From an uncultured Opitutales bacterium (lineage in GTDB: Bacteria; Verrucomicrobiota; Verrucomicrobiia; Opitutales; JBHJGM01), in assembly GCA_964405825.1 (NCBI GenBank), contig CAYOPI010000008.1, positions 8,309 through 72,308 on the forward strand: a DNA stretch of 64,000 nucleotides. The letters are read 5' to 3'. The notes beneath the pieces are model-generated. The model searched no databases. It worked only from the letters and a program-made list of their open reading frames with translations, and had not been told where the DNA came from. Of the stretch, positions 28,751 through 38,674 are shown one piece after another. How positions within the stretch are numbered: position 1 is the first letter of the stretch; each line of letters opens with the position of its first letter. The translations under genes and the position numbers were made by a program.

Positions 28751-29584
28751 ATGTCATTTTCGACGACGGCGGACCGCATCGCCGCCTTTGAGACAGTTCA
28801 TTTCGACTACACCCGCCAGCGCCTGAACTGCGTCCGCGACGGCGACTCGCCCCGGCTGGAGCACCGCAACTTTGGCGGCATCCGCGCCTTCCGCATGACG
28901 CGCACGCCCCAGTGGACTTACGCCAACACCGCCCACGGCTACGATGTCCGCGCCTTCGGCTTCGCCGTGCAGTGGTACCGCGACTACAACATCTCCCCGC
29001 GCTTTGAGATTCCCGTTTCGCACCTGGATTTCGCCGACAGGGCGGCCCTCGTCAAAAGCGGGCTGCACTACGTGCGAACGCATTGTGCGATGGGCTGCGC
29101 GCTGGCCAGCCTCGGTCCGCCCCCCGTGCCCAACGGCCTGAAGGTTCAAGTGGTGGATGCCGAATCGATCGAGGCCTTCATCGAGACGCTGCTGGACGCC
29201 TATGCGATTCAGGACGGTCGTGAAGAAGCCAAACGCAACATGGCCCGCTGGGTCGAGCTGCCCGAACAGAAGCTCGTTCTGGCGCTGCTCAAGAACGTGC
29301 CCGTGGGGGTGGGAGTGCTCTACCACGAAGGCGACTTCGGTTACCTGGCCACGGCGGCGACGCTGCCGTCCTATCGGGGTCGCGGCGTGCACACCGCGCT
29401 GATTGGTTTTCGCGCGGGCCTGGCCCGCGACCTCGGTGCGAAGGTCCTTTTTGGCGGCGCGGAATTCGGCACCACCGCCATGCGAAACTTCCAGAACGGC
29501 GGTCTCTCGCTGTTGTATCCCCGCCTGATCTGGGCCGCAGCCGAGGCGACTTCCACGCCCGCCGCCGCCCAAACCTCCGATTGA
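28751..29584 (+). CDS. GNAT family N-acetyltransferase
   Basis: C-terminal acetyl-CoA motif ATLPSYRGRGVHTALI and MRNFQNGG. Confidence 0.85.
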   Translation: MSFSTTADRIAAFETVHFDYTRQRLNCVRDGDSPRLEHRNFGGIRAFRMTRTPQWTYANTAHGYDVRAFGFAVQWYRDYNISPRFEIPVSHLDFADRAALVKSGLHYVRTHCAMGCALASLGPPPVPNGLKVQVVDAESIEAFIETLLDAYAIQDGREEAKRNMARWVELPEQKLVLALLKNVPVGVGVLYHEGDFGYLATAATLPSYRGRGVHTALIGFRAGLARDLGAKVLFGGAEFGTTAMRNFQNGGLSLLYPRLIWAAAEATSTPAAAQTSD

Positions 29585-29615
29585 CGCCACCCCTGGACGC
29601 GGGAAGACTGCCGCC

Positions 29616-30284
29616 ATGCGAACGAGGGAGCTTTGCCTTGCCGGGGCCCTGTTGGGTTCCGCTGCCGCCAACTGCGGCGCCCAGGACGAATCGCAGGAGC
29701 CACCGGTGTCCTACGTGCTCAGCGTCGACGGCGAGACCATCGTCATCGACCCGGGCGAGACGGTCACGCTCAATGGCAACTTCACCAATCCGACCGTCGA
29801 GCTGGAGGTGGGAGAGACGCGGCGTTTCAACGCCCGCGGACTGGCCTTCGACTACCCGGCCAACTTCTCCTTCCAGCACAACAGCCAGCCCGGGGTGACT
29901 TTCTGGATCCTGCAGGGGCCCAACTGCATTGTTTTCGTCTACGTCTTCGAACAGCCGATCAGCCCGGGTGAGTTTGGCCGTATGCTCGCCTCGCGCTTCA
30001 CCACCGAGGGCGGGCCCGAGGTCCAACGCGCCGAGGTGGCCCGAACCTTCGGCAACCAGCGTCTGGAGGGCGTCTCCGTGCAGGTTGGTACCGAGTTGGG
30101 CGTGGTCGACTCCAAGTACGTGCAGGAGATTTTTCAGCCCGACGGCGAGGGCGGCCGGATGCTCCTGCTCCTGCAGCTGCCCGCGGCCGATCAGGAACTC
30201 GATCCCGCCGAAGCCGACGAGGTTGCCGAGCTGACCAAAGCCCTCCAGGAGACCTACGCCTTCGCGCCTTCCTCGGAAGGGTAA
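29616..30284 (+). CDS. Secreted hypothetical protein
   Basis: Signal-like N-terminus, GC3-rich codons, beta-rich body (FDYPANF). Confidence 0.65.
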   Translation: MRTRELCLAGALLGSAAANCGAQDESQEPPVSYVLSVDGETIVIDPGETVTLNGNFTNPTVELEVGETRRFNARGLAFDYPANFSFQHNSQPGVTFWILQGPNCIVFVYVFEQPISPGEFGRMLASRFTTEGGPEVQRAEVARTFGNQRLEGVSVQVGTELGVVDSKYVQEIFQPDGEGGRMLLLLQLPAADQELDPAEADEVAELTKALQETYAFAPSSEG

Positions 30285-30511
30285 GCGCGGGCTTCGAAGT
30301 GATTGCCGGACTTTCGGCGCGGTGCAGACGCGGGCCACTCCCTGGGGCCACGGGCCGGGAGGACGGCGGATGCCAGGGCAATGAGGTCCTTTGCAAATAC
30401 ATGAACTTTTGGGCTGCGCTGACCGCGAGATTCTGATTACCTTACATCTATTGACCGCGCGGCTGACCTCTCTGGGATTCTCACCCAACCACTAATCCCA
30501 GTTAAGGTTAC

Positions 30512-31228
30512 ATGTATTCAATCATCCCTCACGGCGTGCGCGTCTTTACCGCGCTCGGCCTCCTCACGGCTGGAGTCTCCACGGCTCAGGCTTTCACCGT
30601 AGCGACCGACTTTGATGACGCTTCGGCCATTCCCAGTGGCACGGAGTTCATCACACTGACCGACGGTCCGCTCCAGGCGACCTTCTCCGGTGGCGTCCGT
30701 CAAGCCGGCGTCCTGGCCGCTGCCTACAACACGTTCCCGGGCGCTTACCTGATCATCAACGCCGGTGGCGCGGGTCTTGGCGGCGTCGAAAGCCAGTTCG
30801 GCTCCACCCTGGCCTCGGCGCTCACGCCTGACGACGTCAACAACGACGTCGCGACCATCGATTTCAACATTGGCGTCGAGGAAGTCTCCTTCGCCATTGC
30901 GGAGATCGGCGTGGGTGCGGGTTCGACCGTGCGTTTCTTCGGCGTGGACGACTCGACCGAGCTGGGCTCGGTCTTCGTTGCCGGCACCGCCGACAACAGC
31001 GCTGAGCCGCTGGCCTTCTCGGCAGTGGGCGACTTTGGCGGCGAACTCATCGGCTCCATCGAAATCGACAACCCCGGCCCGGCCGGGAATCCGGTCTACT
31101 TCACCACGCTCGACACCTTTTCGGCGTCGACGACCGTGCCTGAACCCGGCTCGATGGCTGCCATCGCCGGCGTTTGTGCGTTGGGCCTGCTGTTCTGGCG
31201 TCGCCGCTTCGGTCGTCGCCAAGGTTGA
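30512..31228 (+). CDS. PEP-CTERM sorting-domain protein
   Basis: Signal peptide ending AQA; C-terminus VPEPGSMAAIAGVCALGLLFWRRR. Confidence 0.93.
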   Translation: MYSIIPHGVRVFTALGLLTAGVSTAQAFTVATDFDDASAIPSGTEFITLTDGPLQATFSGGVRQAGVLAAAYNTFPGAYLIINAGGAGLGGVESQFGSTLASALTPDDVNNDVATIDFNIGVEEVSFAIAEIGVGAGSTVRFFGVDDSTELGSVFVAGTADNSAEPLAFSAVGDFGGELIGSIEIDNPGPAGNPVYFTTLDTFSASTTVPEPGSMAAIAGVCALGLLFWRRRFGRRQG

Positions 31229-31259
31229 ACGACTCGCCGAGAGTGTGACCCCTCCTTCC

Positions 31260-31294
31260 AACCGGGAGGCCCCGACCGGGCCTTCCGGTTTTTC
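31260..31294 (+). terminator. Rho-independent terminator after the PEP-CTERM gene
   Basis: aaccgggaggccc-cgacc-gggccttccggtt followed by a T run. Confidence 0.8.
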
Positions 31295-31365
31295 TTACGT
31301 GGGAGGGGTACCCGAGCCGGCTTCCCGGTCGTCTTTGGGCCGACGCCGCTGCGCGGTCCGCAACC

Positions 31366-31393
31366 TTGACCCGATAGTTCGCCCGGGTATGAT
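31366..31393 (+). promoter_or_regulatory. Sigma70-like promoter for leuC
   Basis: TTGACC (31366-31371), 16-nt spacer, TATGAT (31388-31393), 23 nt before the leuC ATG. Confidence 0.6.
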
Positions 31394-31416
31394 CAAGCGT
31401 TACAACTGTTTCCGGC

Positions 31417-32847
31417 ATGCCCAAGAACCTCTACGAAAAAGTCTGGGAAGCGCACACCGTGCGCACGCTCTCCAGCGGCCAGACCCAGCTCTTCATCGGA
31501 ACGCACCTCATTCACGAGGTGACCAGCCCGCAGGCCTTTGGAATGCTGCGCGACCGTGGCCTGAAGGTCCGGTTTCCCAAGCGTACGTTCGCCACGGTCG
31601 ACCACATTGTGCCCACGCACGAGCGCGTGGAGCCGTTCACCGACCAGCTGGCCGATGCCATGATCAAGGCCCTGCGCGCGAACTGCAAGGAGCAGGGCAT
31701 CACCTTCTTCGATCTGTCCACCGGCAAGCAGGGGATCGTTCATATGGTCGGCCCCGAGCAAGGAATCACCCAGCCGGGTTCGACGATCGCCTGCGGGGAC
31801 AGTCACACCGCCACCCACGGGGCTTTCGGAGCGATCGCCTTCGGCATCGGCACCAGTCAGGTGCGCGACGTCCTCGCCACCCAGACCATGGCGATGAACA
31901 AGCTCAAGGTGCGGCGGATCAACGTGAATGGAAAGCTGGCCCCGGGCGTCTACGCCAAGGACGTCATCCTGCACATCATCCGCAAGCTCGGCGTCAAGGG
32001 CGGCCTGGGCTACGCCTACGAGTACGGCGGCGAGGTCTTCGACAACTTCAACCAGGAAGAGCGGATGACCGTCTGCAATATGTCCATCGAGGGTGGGGCA
32101 CGCTGCGGGTACGTCAATCCGGACGAGACCACCTTTGCCTACCTGCGCGGGCGTCCCTACGCGCCCAAAGGCGATGACTGGGATGCCGCCGTTGAGCGCT
32201 GGCGCGCGGTCGCCTCCGACCCGGGCTGCCAGTACGACGACGTGGTCGAGTTTGACGCCGCCGACATCCGCCCGACCGTCACCTGGGGGATCAACCCGGG
32301 CCAGGCCATCTTCATCGACGAGGACATGCCGGAAATCCAGGCGCTGCCCGAGAAGGACCGCGCCACCGCCGAGGAAGCCTACACCCACATGCATCTGGAG
32401 GCCGGTCGTCCGATCAAGGGTACGCCGATCAACGTCGCCTTTCTGGGTTCGTGCACCAACGGGCGCATCAGCGACCTGCGCGAGGCCGCCCGTTACCTTG
32501 AGGGCCGCAAGGTTGCCCCCGGGGTGCAGGCCATCTGCGTGCCCGGTTCGCAGATCACCGCCCTGCAGGCCGAGAAGGAAGGCATCGACAAAGTCTTCAA
32601 GGAGGCCGGCTTTGAGTGGCGCGGGGCCGGGTGCTCGATGTGTCTGGCGATGAACCCGGACAAATTGATCGGCGACCAGCTCTGCGCCAGTTCCAGCAAC
32701 CGCAACTTCAAGGGCCGCCAGGGCAGCCCGACCGGCCGCACCGTCTTGATGTCGCCGGTCATGGTGGTCGCCGCCGCCGTCACCGGCACCGTCACCGACG
32801 CCCGCGAGGTCTTCGGCGTCAGCCCCGTGGCCGCCGCCGGGGTGTAG
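31417..32847 (+). CDS. leuC: 3-isopropylmalate dehydratase large subunit
   Basis: [47 protein letters not shown]. Confidence 0.98.
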   Translation: MPKNLYEKVWEAHTVRTLSSGQTQLFIGTHLIHEVTSPQAFGMLRDRGLKVRFPKRTFATVDHIVPTHERVEPFTDQLADAMIKALRANCKEQGITFFDLSTGKQGIVHMVGPEQGITQPGSTIACGDSHTATHGAFGAIAFGIGTSQVRDVLATQTMAMNKLKVRRINVNGKLAPGVYAKDVILHIIRKLGVKGGLGYAYEYGGEVFDNFNQEERMTVCNMSIEGGARCGYVNPDETTFAYLRGRPYAPKGDDWDAAVERWRAVASDPGCQYDDVVEFDAADIRPTVTWGINPGQAIFIDEDMPEIQALPEKDRATAEEAYTHMHLEAGRPIKGTPINVAFLGSCTNGRISDLREAARYLEGRKVAPGVQAICVPGSQITALQAEKEGIDKVFKEAGFEWRGAGCSMCLAMNPDKLIGDQLCASSSNRNFKGRQGSPTGRTVLMSPVMVVAAAVTGTVTDAREVFGVSPVAAAGV

Positions 32848-32870
32848 CCGGAAGACCGAGCGTCGCTTGT

Positions 32871-33089
32871 ATGTCTATGAACACTCAGTTCCACCTGCTC
32901 ATCGAGAAGGACGAGGATGGCTGGTACGTGGGCTCCATCCCGGAATTGCCCGGCTGCCACACGCAGGCTCAGACCCTCGAGGAGCTGCGCGAGCGCATCC
33001 GCGAGGCCGCGCTTGCGTATCTCGGTGAGTCCGATGTGTCTCCCTCAATGGAGTTTGTCGGCGTGGAGGACTTTGCGGTTTCGGAATGA
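32871..33089 (+). CDS. hicB: HicB family antitoxin (short form, no DNA-binding domain evident)
   Basis: IEKDEDGWYVGSIPELPGCHTQAQTLEEL..IREA; start ATG at 32871 or 32877. Confidence 0.92.
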   Translation: MSMNTQFHLLIEKDEDGWYVGSIPELPGCHTQAQTLEELRERIREAALAYLGESDVSPSMEFVGVEDFAVSE

Positions 33090-33304
33090 GTCCACGGCTG
33101 CCGCGCATCTCGGGAAAGGAAGTCGTGCGAGTACTCCAGCAGAAAGGATTTGAAGTGCGACGGGTGCGAGGTTCGCATCATTTTCTGGTTCATCCGGACG
33201 GGCGCCGGACGGTAGTCCCCGTCCATGGCCCCGAGATTCTTGGACCGGGCCTGCTTCGAAAGATCCTGCGTGACTGCCACCTCGACATCGCTGACTTAGG
33301 ATAA
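33086..33304 (+). CDS. hicA: HicA family mRNA interferase toxin
   Basis: LPRISGKEVVRVL..GF..RVRGSH..HPDGRRTVVPVH..GLLRKILRD; ATGA overlap with hicB. Confidence 0.93.
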   Translation: MSPRLPRISGKEVVRVLQQKGFEVRRVRGSHHFLVHPDGRRTVVPVHGPEILGPGLLRKILRDCHLDIADLG

Positions 33305-33310
33305 CTCACC

Positions 33311-33910
33311 ATGCCACTCGAAAAAATCTCCCAGGTGACCGGACGGGGCGTGCCCCTGCCCGGCAACGATATCGACACCGACCGGATCATCCCGGCGCGC
33401 TTCATGAAGGTGCTCACTTTTGACGAGTTGGGTCCGCTGGCCTTTTACGACGAGCGCTTCGGTGAGAACGGCAAGCAGCGGCCCCACGTGCTCAACGAGG
33501 ATCGCTTCCGCGGTGCGCCCATTCTGGTCACCGGTTCCAACTTCGGCTGCGGCTCCTCGCGCGAGCATGCGCCGCAGTCGCTGTACCGCTACGGTTTTCG
33601 GGCGGTCATCGCCGAGAGCTTTGCCGAGATCTTCTTCGGCAACTCCACGACCCTCGGCATGCCCTGCGTGGTCCTCGCTGCGGAGGACCGCCACGCACTG
33701 AGCGCCGCCGTGGAGGCCGACCCGACCCTGGAGATCACCATCGATCTTGACTCGATGCAGGTGCACGCGGGCGCGAACACCTACCCGTGCGTCATGCCGG
33801 ACTCCGCCCGCCAGAGCCTCCTGGGCGGCAACTGGGATCCGCTGGCCGAACTGGTCGAGGGCGCCGACGACGTCGACCGCGTTGCCGCGCAGCTTCCCTA
33901 CGTTGACTGA
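33311..33910 (+). CDS. leuD: 3-isopropylmalate dehydratase small subunit
   Basis: DIDTDRIIPARFMK, NFGCGSSREHAP, SFAEIFFGN. Confidence 0.97.
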   Translation: MPLEKISQVTGRGVPLPGNDIDTDRIIPARFMKVLTFDELGPLAFYDERFGENGKQRPHVLNEDRFRGAPILVTGSNFGCGSSREHAPQSLYRYGFRAVIAESFAEIFFGNSTTLGMPCVVLAAEDRHALSAAVEADPTLEITIDLDSMQVHAGANTYPCVMPDSARQSLLGGNWDPLAELVEGADDVDRVAAQLPYVD

Positions 33911-33921
33911 CGCACCCATCG

Positions 33922-35097
33922 GTGAGCGCAGCGGACAAAGACACCTGGCGGCCCGAAACCCGGGCCGTGCACGAAGGCGTTTACCTGGACAGCCAGTGGA
34001 ACTCGGTCACCACGCCGATCTACCCCAGCTCGACGTTTTACTTTGACGGGCTCGATACGCCGCCGAAGTACGACTACACACGCTCGGGCAACCCCACCCG
34101 CCAGGCGCTGATCGACAACCTTGTCGCCATGGAGGGCGGCGCGGGCGGCATCGCGACCTCCAGCGGAATGAGCGCCATCGCCACCGTGCTGATGCTGCTC
34201 TCGGCGGGCGACCACGTCATTGCCGGCCACGAGATCTACGGTGGCTCACACCGGCTCTTCTCGCAGTTGTTGCCGCGACTGGGCCTGGAGTTCTCCTTCG
34301 TCGACCTCTGCGACGCCGAGGCCCTCCGGGGCGCCTTTCGCCCGGAAACCAAACTCGTCTGGCTGGAGACGCCGACCAATCCCCTGCTCAACATTGTCGA
34401 CATCGCCGCCGTCGTGGAGGCGGCCCGGGCCCACGAGGCGCTGACGGCCATCGACAACACTTTCCTCACCCCGCTGCTGCAACGTCCGCTCCCGTTCGGG
34501 GTTGATGTCTCCGTGCATGCGACCACGAAGTACCTCAACGGCCACAGTGACGTGGTCGGCGGGGCTGCGATCGCGCGCACGCCCGAGCTGGCCGAACGCC
34601 TCGGCTGGCTGGCCAACTGTTTGGGCACAAGCTGCTCGCCCTTTGACGCGTGGCTGGTCCTGCGCGGGGTGAAAACGCTGCCGGCCCGCCTGCAGTCCCA
34701 CGAACGCAACGCCCGCGCCCTGGCCGGGTTCCTGCAAGGCCGCCCGGAGGTTACCCGCGTGCTCTACCCGGCACTGCCGGAACATCCGGGCCATGAGCTG
34801 GCCGCGCGCCAGCAAGAAGGCTTTGGCGGGATGCTCTCCTTCGAGGTGGACCCCGGGAAGGTCGATCTGGACCGGTTCTTTCGCGCGTTGAAGCTCTTTC
34901 ACCTCTCGGTCAGTCTGGGCGGTGTGGAGTCGCTGATCGAGCAGCCCTGGTCCATGAGCCACCTGGCAATGCCTGCGCAGGCCAAGCACGCCGCCGGCAT
35001 CACCGAAGGGCTTGTGCGCGTGTCGGCCGGGATCGAGCACCCCGACGACCTTTGCACCGATCTCGGCACGGCGCTTGCGTCAAGTGGAACAAATTAG
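33922..35097 (+). CDS. metB: Cystathionine gamma-synthase / trans-sulfuration PLP enzyme
   Basis: YTRSGNPTR, SSGMSAI, ETPTNP, DNTF, TKYLNGHSD, SLGGVESL. Confidence 0.8.
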   Translation: MSAADKDTWRPETRAVHEGVYLDSQWNSVTTPIYPSSTFYFDGLDTPPKYDYTRSGNPTRQALIDNLVAMEGGAGGIATSSGMSAIATVLMLLSAGDHVIAGHEIYGGSHRLFSQLLPRLGLEFSFVDLCDAEALRGAFRPETKLVWLETPTNPLLNIVDIAAVVEAARAHEALTAIDNTFLTPLLQRPLPFGVDVSVHATTKYLNGHSDVVGGAAIARTPELAERLGWLANCLGTSCSPFDAWLVLRGVKTLPARLQSHERNARALAGFLQGRPEVTRVLYPALPEHPGHELAARQQEGFGGMLSFEVDPGKVDLDRFFRALKLFHLSVSLGGVESLIEQPWSMSHLAMPAQAKHAAGITEGLVRVSAGIEHPDDLCTDLGTALASSGTN

Positions 35098-35160
35098 CCC
35101 TTCACCGCTTCTGACTTTACGTCCCCGGGCGCCCCTGCGCTGATTTCCCCAGACCTGAAC

Positions 35161-35820
35161 ATGGAAGCCTTCGAGTTAGCCCGTATTGTCATCTACTCGC
35201 TCCTGGCCGTTTGCTCGCTGCTGACGGTCTTCGTCGTGGTCGAGCGCCTGATTACCCTGCGCCAGCAAAACGTCATTCCAAAGGAACTGGTGCAGCGCTT
35301 CGTGGACGGCCACCTCGAGGACACCCGCGAGGACCTCAACACCGTCGGCGGGCGCATCGTGGCCTTTTACCGGCGCAACAACCCCGACCCCGAAGCGCTC
35401 AAGGCCTTCGCCGGGCTCGAAGTCACGCGGCTGGAACGCGGGCTGTTCATCCTCGAGATTGTGGTCGCTGGCGCGCCCCTGCTGGGACTGTTGGGCACGA
35501 TCGTCGGCCTGACCGAGGTTTTCGGTTCGATTTCGGCGCAAACCGGGCTGCCGGACACCGGACGCTTCCTCAACGGGCTCAAGGGCGCGCTGTTCACCAC
35601 GATGGCGGGGCTGGCCGTCGCCATGCCCGCGCTGGTGGGCAACAACTTTCTGGGGCGGCGCATCGAGCTGCTTTCGGCGCAGATCGAGGTGGGCGTCCAG
35701 CGCCTGATGGACCTCTGTCCGCAGACCGGCCGGCTCCTGCCCCATGCCACCCCGCCGGTCGCGCCCCCGACCCCGCCGACCGACGAGTCCGAGGCGTCCC
35801 CGGCCCCCGCCCAGATCTAG
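35161..35820 (+). CDS. MotA/TolQ/ExbB proton channel protein
   Basis: APLLGLLGTIVG and ALFTTMAGLAVA. Confidence 0.9.
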   Translation: MEAFELARIVIYSLLAVCSLLTVFVVVERLITLRQQNVIPKELVQRFVDGHLEDTREDLNTVGGRIVAFYRRNNPDPEALKAFAGLEVTRLERGLFILEIVVAGAPLLGLLGTIVGLTEVFGSISAQTGLPDTGRFLNGLKGALFTTMAGLAVAMPALVGNNFLGRRIELLSAQIEVGVQRLMDLCPQTGRLLPHATPPVAPPTPPTDESEASPAPAQI

Positions 35821-35844
35821 CCAGTCCTCCCCGATCGCCTCGCC

Positions 35845-36252
35845 ATGTTGATGGGTCCGCGCAAACGCCGCCGCAACGAGATCAACATCGTCCCGCTGGT
35901 CGACGTGCTCGTTGTGCTGATCTTTTTCTTCCTCATCATGATGGAGTTTCGCACGCAGACCGTGCTTGCGATCACCCCGCCGGAGGTGGAAAGCGCCGGC
36001 GAGAGCGAGCAGACCGAGCAGCTGGTGGTGGGCGTGGATGCCGACGGCAACTTTTACTTCAACGGCGAGGAGGTCACCCGTGCCGACATGGCCGACCTGC
36101 TCAAGACCGCCAGCCAGCTTCGGCCCGACGAGCCCGTGCTGGTGCAGGCCGATGAGGAAGCCGCCTGGAAAGACGTGGCCTACATCATGGACGAGTGTCG
36201 CAAGTGCGGCCTGGACAACATCAACGTGCAGACGCGCGGTGGCGGCGAGTAA
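35845..36252 (+). CDS. ExbD/TolR family protein
   Basis: EINIVPLVDVLVVLIFFF and VLVQADE. Confidence 0.92.
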   Translation: MLMGPRKRRRNEINIVPLVDVLVVLIFFFLIMMEFRTQTVLAITPPEVESAGESEQTEQLVVGVDADGNFYFNGEEVTRADMADLLKTASQLRPDEPVLVQADEEAAWKDVAYIMDECRKCGLDNINVQTRGGGE

Positions 36253-36257
36253 AGAGC

Positions 36258-37442
36258 CTACGCCTCCGGCAGCTTCAGGTCCACTTCGACGTCGGCGCCG
36301 TAGTCCACGCCGTCCCAGTTGAAGCCGAACAGCTTCAGAAAGTCGTCCTGATAGCCGGCAAAGTCGGTCAGCGCCTCAAGGTTGTCCGTCTGGACCTTGG
36401 GCCAGATCTCCTTGATGGCCTGCTGCACCTCGGGCTGCATCTCGTAGTCGTCCACGCGCAGGCGCCCGTCCTCATCGAGGGGCGGCTGGTCCAGGGTCAG
36501 GCGCTCGCGGAAGAGCCGGTCGATCTGCTCGATGCAGCCCTCCTCCTGCCCGCGCTCCTTGAGGACCTTCTTGAGGATGCTCAGGTACAGCGGCACCACC
36601 GGGATCGCGCTGCTGGCCTGGGTGACGACGGCCTTGTTGACCGAGACGTAGGCCTTCCCGCCGAGGCCCGCGAGCTTGCCGTCGATCGCGACGCGGGTTT
36701 CGTCCAAATGCTTCTTGGCCTGGCCGATGGTGCCGTCCCAGTAAATGGGGTAGGTCAGCTCGGGCCCGATGTAGGAATAGGCGATCGTGCGCGCGCCTTC
36801 GGCCAGGAGATCGGCTTCCGAAAGCGCGTCCATCCACAGCGCCCAGTCCTCGCCGCCCATCACCTTGACCGTGCCGGAGATCTCCGCCTCGCTGGCAGGA
36901 TCGAGGCTCACGTCCTCGACGCGCTTCTTGTCGGTGTCGAGGCTCTTGCTGGTGAAGCCCTGGTCAATGGGCTTGAGCGTGGCGCGAAAATTCTCGCCCG
37001 TCTCGGGGTCGGTGCGGCGCGGGGCTGCCAGACTGTAGATCACCAGATCAACCTTGCCGGGCATCTGCCGGACAGCGTCCAGCGTCTGTGCCTTCACCTC
37101 GTTGGCAAAGGCGTCGCCGTTGAGGCTGCGCGCAAACAGACCGGCCCTGGCGGCTTCCTGCTCGAAGGCGACGGCGTTGTACCAGCCTGCCGAGGCCGGA
37201 CGCCCCTTGTCCGAGGGCCGCTCAAAGAAAACGCCCGTGGTCGCCGCACCCGCTCCAAAGGCCGCCGTGATCCGCGAGGAGAGCCCGTAGCCGGTGGAAC
37301 TGCCGATCACCAGCACGTTCTTCGCCCCGGCAAAGGTGCCCTGCTTCTGTACGGTGGCGATTTCGCTGGCCACGTGGGCGGCGCAGCCAACGGGATGGGC
37401 GGTGATGCAGATGAATCCGCGAATACGGGGCTGTACGATCAT
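36258..37442 (-). CDS. fabV: Enoyl-ACP / trans-2-enoyl-CoA reductase FabV
   Basis: PRIRGFICITAHP.GC, GSSTGYGL, VMGGEDW, YWDGTIGQAK, KAVVTQASSAIP. Confidence 0.96.
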   Translation of the reverse strand: MIVQPRIRGFICITAHPVGCAAHVASEIATVQKQGTFAGAKNVLVIGSSTGYGLSSRITAAFGAGAATTGVFFERPSDKGRPASAGWYNAVAFEQEAARAGLFARSLNGDAFANEVKAQTLDAVRQMPGKVDLVIYSLAAPRRTDPETGENFRATLKPIDQGFTSKSLDTDKKRVEDVSLDPASEAEISGTVKVMGGEDWALWMDALSEADLLAEGARTIAYSYIGPELTYPIYWDGTIGQAKKHLDETRVAIDGKLAGLGGKAYVSVNKAVVTQASSAIPVVPLYLSILKKVLKERGQEEGCIEQIDRLFRERLTLDQPPLDEDGRLRVDDYEMQPEVQQAIKEIWPKVQTDNLEALTDFAGYQDDFLKLFGFNWDGVDYGADVEVDLKLPEA

Positions 37443-37526
37443 CGATAGTCTGGAAACGTGCACCTTCCCGGCTCTGCCCAGCCCTGACAACGGAAAAGTG
37501 CGCTCCCGTCGCCGTTGCCGTCTCGC

Positions 37527-38468
37527 TCAATCCGTCCGGTCCCGCCGTCGCCGGGCCATGCGTACGGGTGTCTTCAGCCGGTAGATCACCTTCCTTGTCA
37601 GGGGCACGCGCGCGTCCAGGCGGAAGTAGCGATCGTCGTCGAGGCAATCCGACTCAATGCTGCTAAAATCGTAACCCTCAGGCAACTGGCCCCACCGCTT
37701 CGGCGCGTCCTTCGGGCGTACCTTTGTGTGCGTGGAATTCTCCTGAAAGCCGATGTTGCGCACCAGATTCACCGGAGCCATCAGGTGCAACGTGTCCGCC
37801 AGCAGGCAGCTTCGCCCAAAACGAAACGCCCAGGAGTCGACGTGGTGCTGCCGGATGGCCTCGCTGACTACAGTCCAGTAGCGCCGTTCGCGTTCAGAGC
37901 GGTAGAGCCCGGAGGGTTCGGGCTGCTCGAAGATGTCGTCGCGGTAGAGGTTCCACGTCCTGCGCCAGCTGGCCCAGCCCCAAGAGCGGAAGACCCGCGT
38001 CAGGCTGGTGGAAAGGGGCTTTGCCGTGGGGAAGCAGAGTGGCCGCGTGCCCAGAATCGTCGCGATGCGCGGGTCCTCGCGGTAGCGTTTGAGGCAGGCG
38101 TCACACATCCGAAAAAAGTCCGGGGAGGGCAGGCAGTCGTCTTCGAGGACGATGCCGCTTTCCTCCTGCTCAAAGAACCAGCTCAGCCCTTCCGAAACGG
38201 CCCGGCGGCAGCCCAGATTTTCCGTGCGCAGGAGCGTCTTCAGCTCGCAGTCCCAGTCAACGCCATCGGTCACCACCTTCTGGGCCTGGGCCACGGCCGC
38301 CTGCTCGTGCGCGCCTTTCTCAGGGCGGGGACCGTCACATGAAAAGTACAGCCGGGCGGGCCGAACCCGGCGGACCGCCTCCAGCACTCGCTCAAGCATG
38401 TCCGCCCGATTGAAGCCGATCAGCAGGATCGGTGATCGCGTTCCCGGGCTTCGAGCTGATGTGGTCAC
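37527..38468 (-). CDS. GT-A fold glycosyltransferase (nucleotide-diphospho-sugar transferase-like)
   Basis: PILLIGFNR, CDGPR, NLGCR..V..GLSWFF, IVLEDDC, WGWASWRR.W, NLVRNIGF. Confidence 0.85.
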   Translation of the reverse strand: MTTSARSPGTRSPILLIGFNRADMLERVLEAVRRVRPARLYFSCDGPRPEKGAHEQAAVAQAQKVVTDGVDWDCELKTLLRTENLGCRRAVSEGLSWFFEQEESGIVLEDDCLPSPDFFRMCDACLKRYREDPRIATILGTRPLCFPTAKPLSTSLTRVFRSWGWASWRRTWNLYRDDIFEQPEPSGLYRSERERRYWTVVSEAIRQHHVDSWAFRFGRSCLLADTLHLMAPVNLVRNIGFQENSTHTKVRPKDAPKRWGQLPEGYDFSSIESDCLDDDRYFRLDARVPLTRKVIYRLKTPVRMARRRRDRTD

Positions 38469-38674
38469 GTCAAAGGTCGAAGCCAGACGGAGGGTTCGGG
38501 CGCCTGGGCAGCCTCGACAGGGCTATCCTGCGCTTGGGATGCGTGAGAATGCAAACAAAGCCGGCCACGACTTCGAGGGGCCCAGATTGAGGGTTCCCAA
38601 GGCCCGAATCTCCCTGACCGGCTCCGCCCACTTCGACCTTGCTTCGCCCCGCCGGGGGGCCTCTGCTAACGCGA

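Noticed and set aside
36258-37442. fabV as an acquired triclosan-resistance gene
   Set aside because: Codon usage matches the neighbours and there are no mobility signs; most likely the native enoyl reductase.
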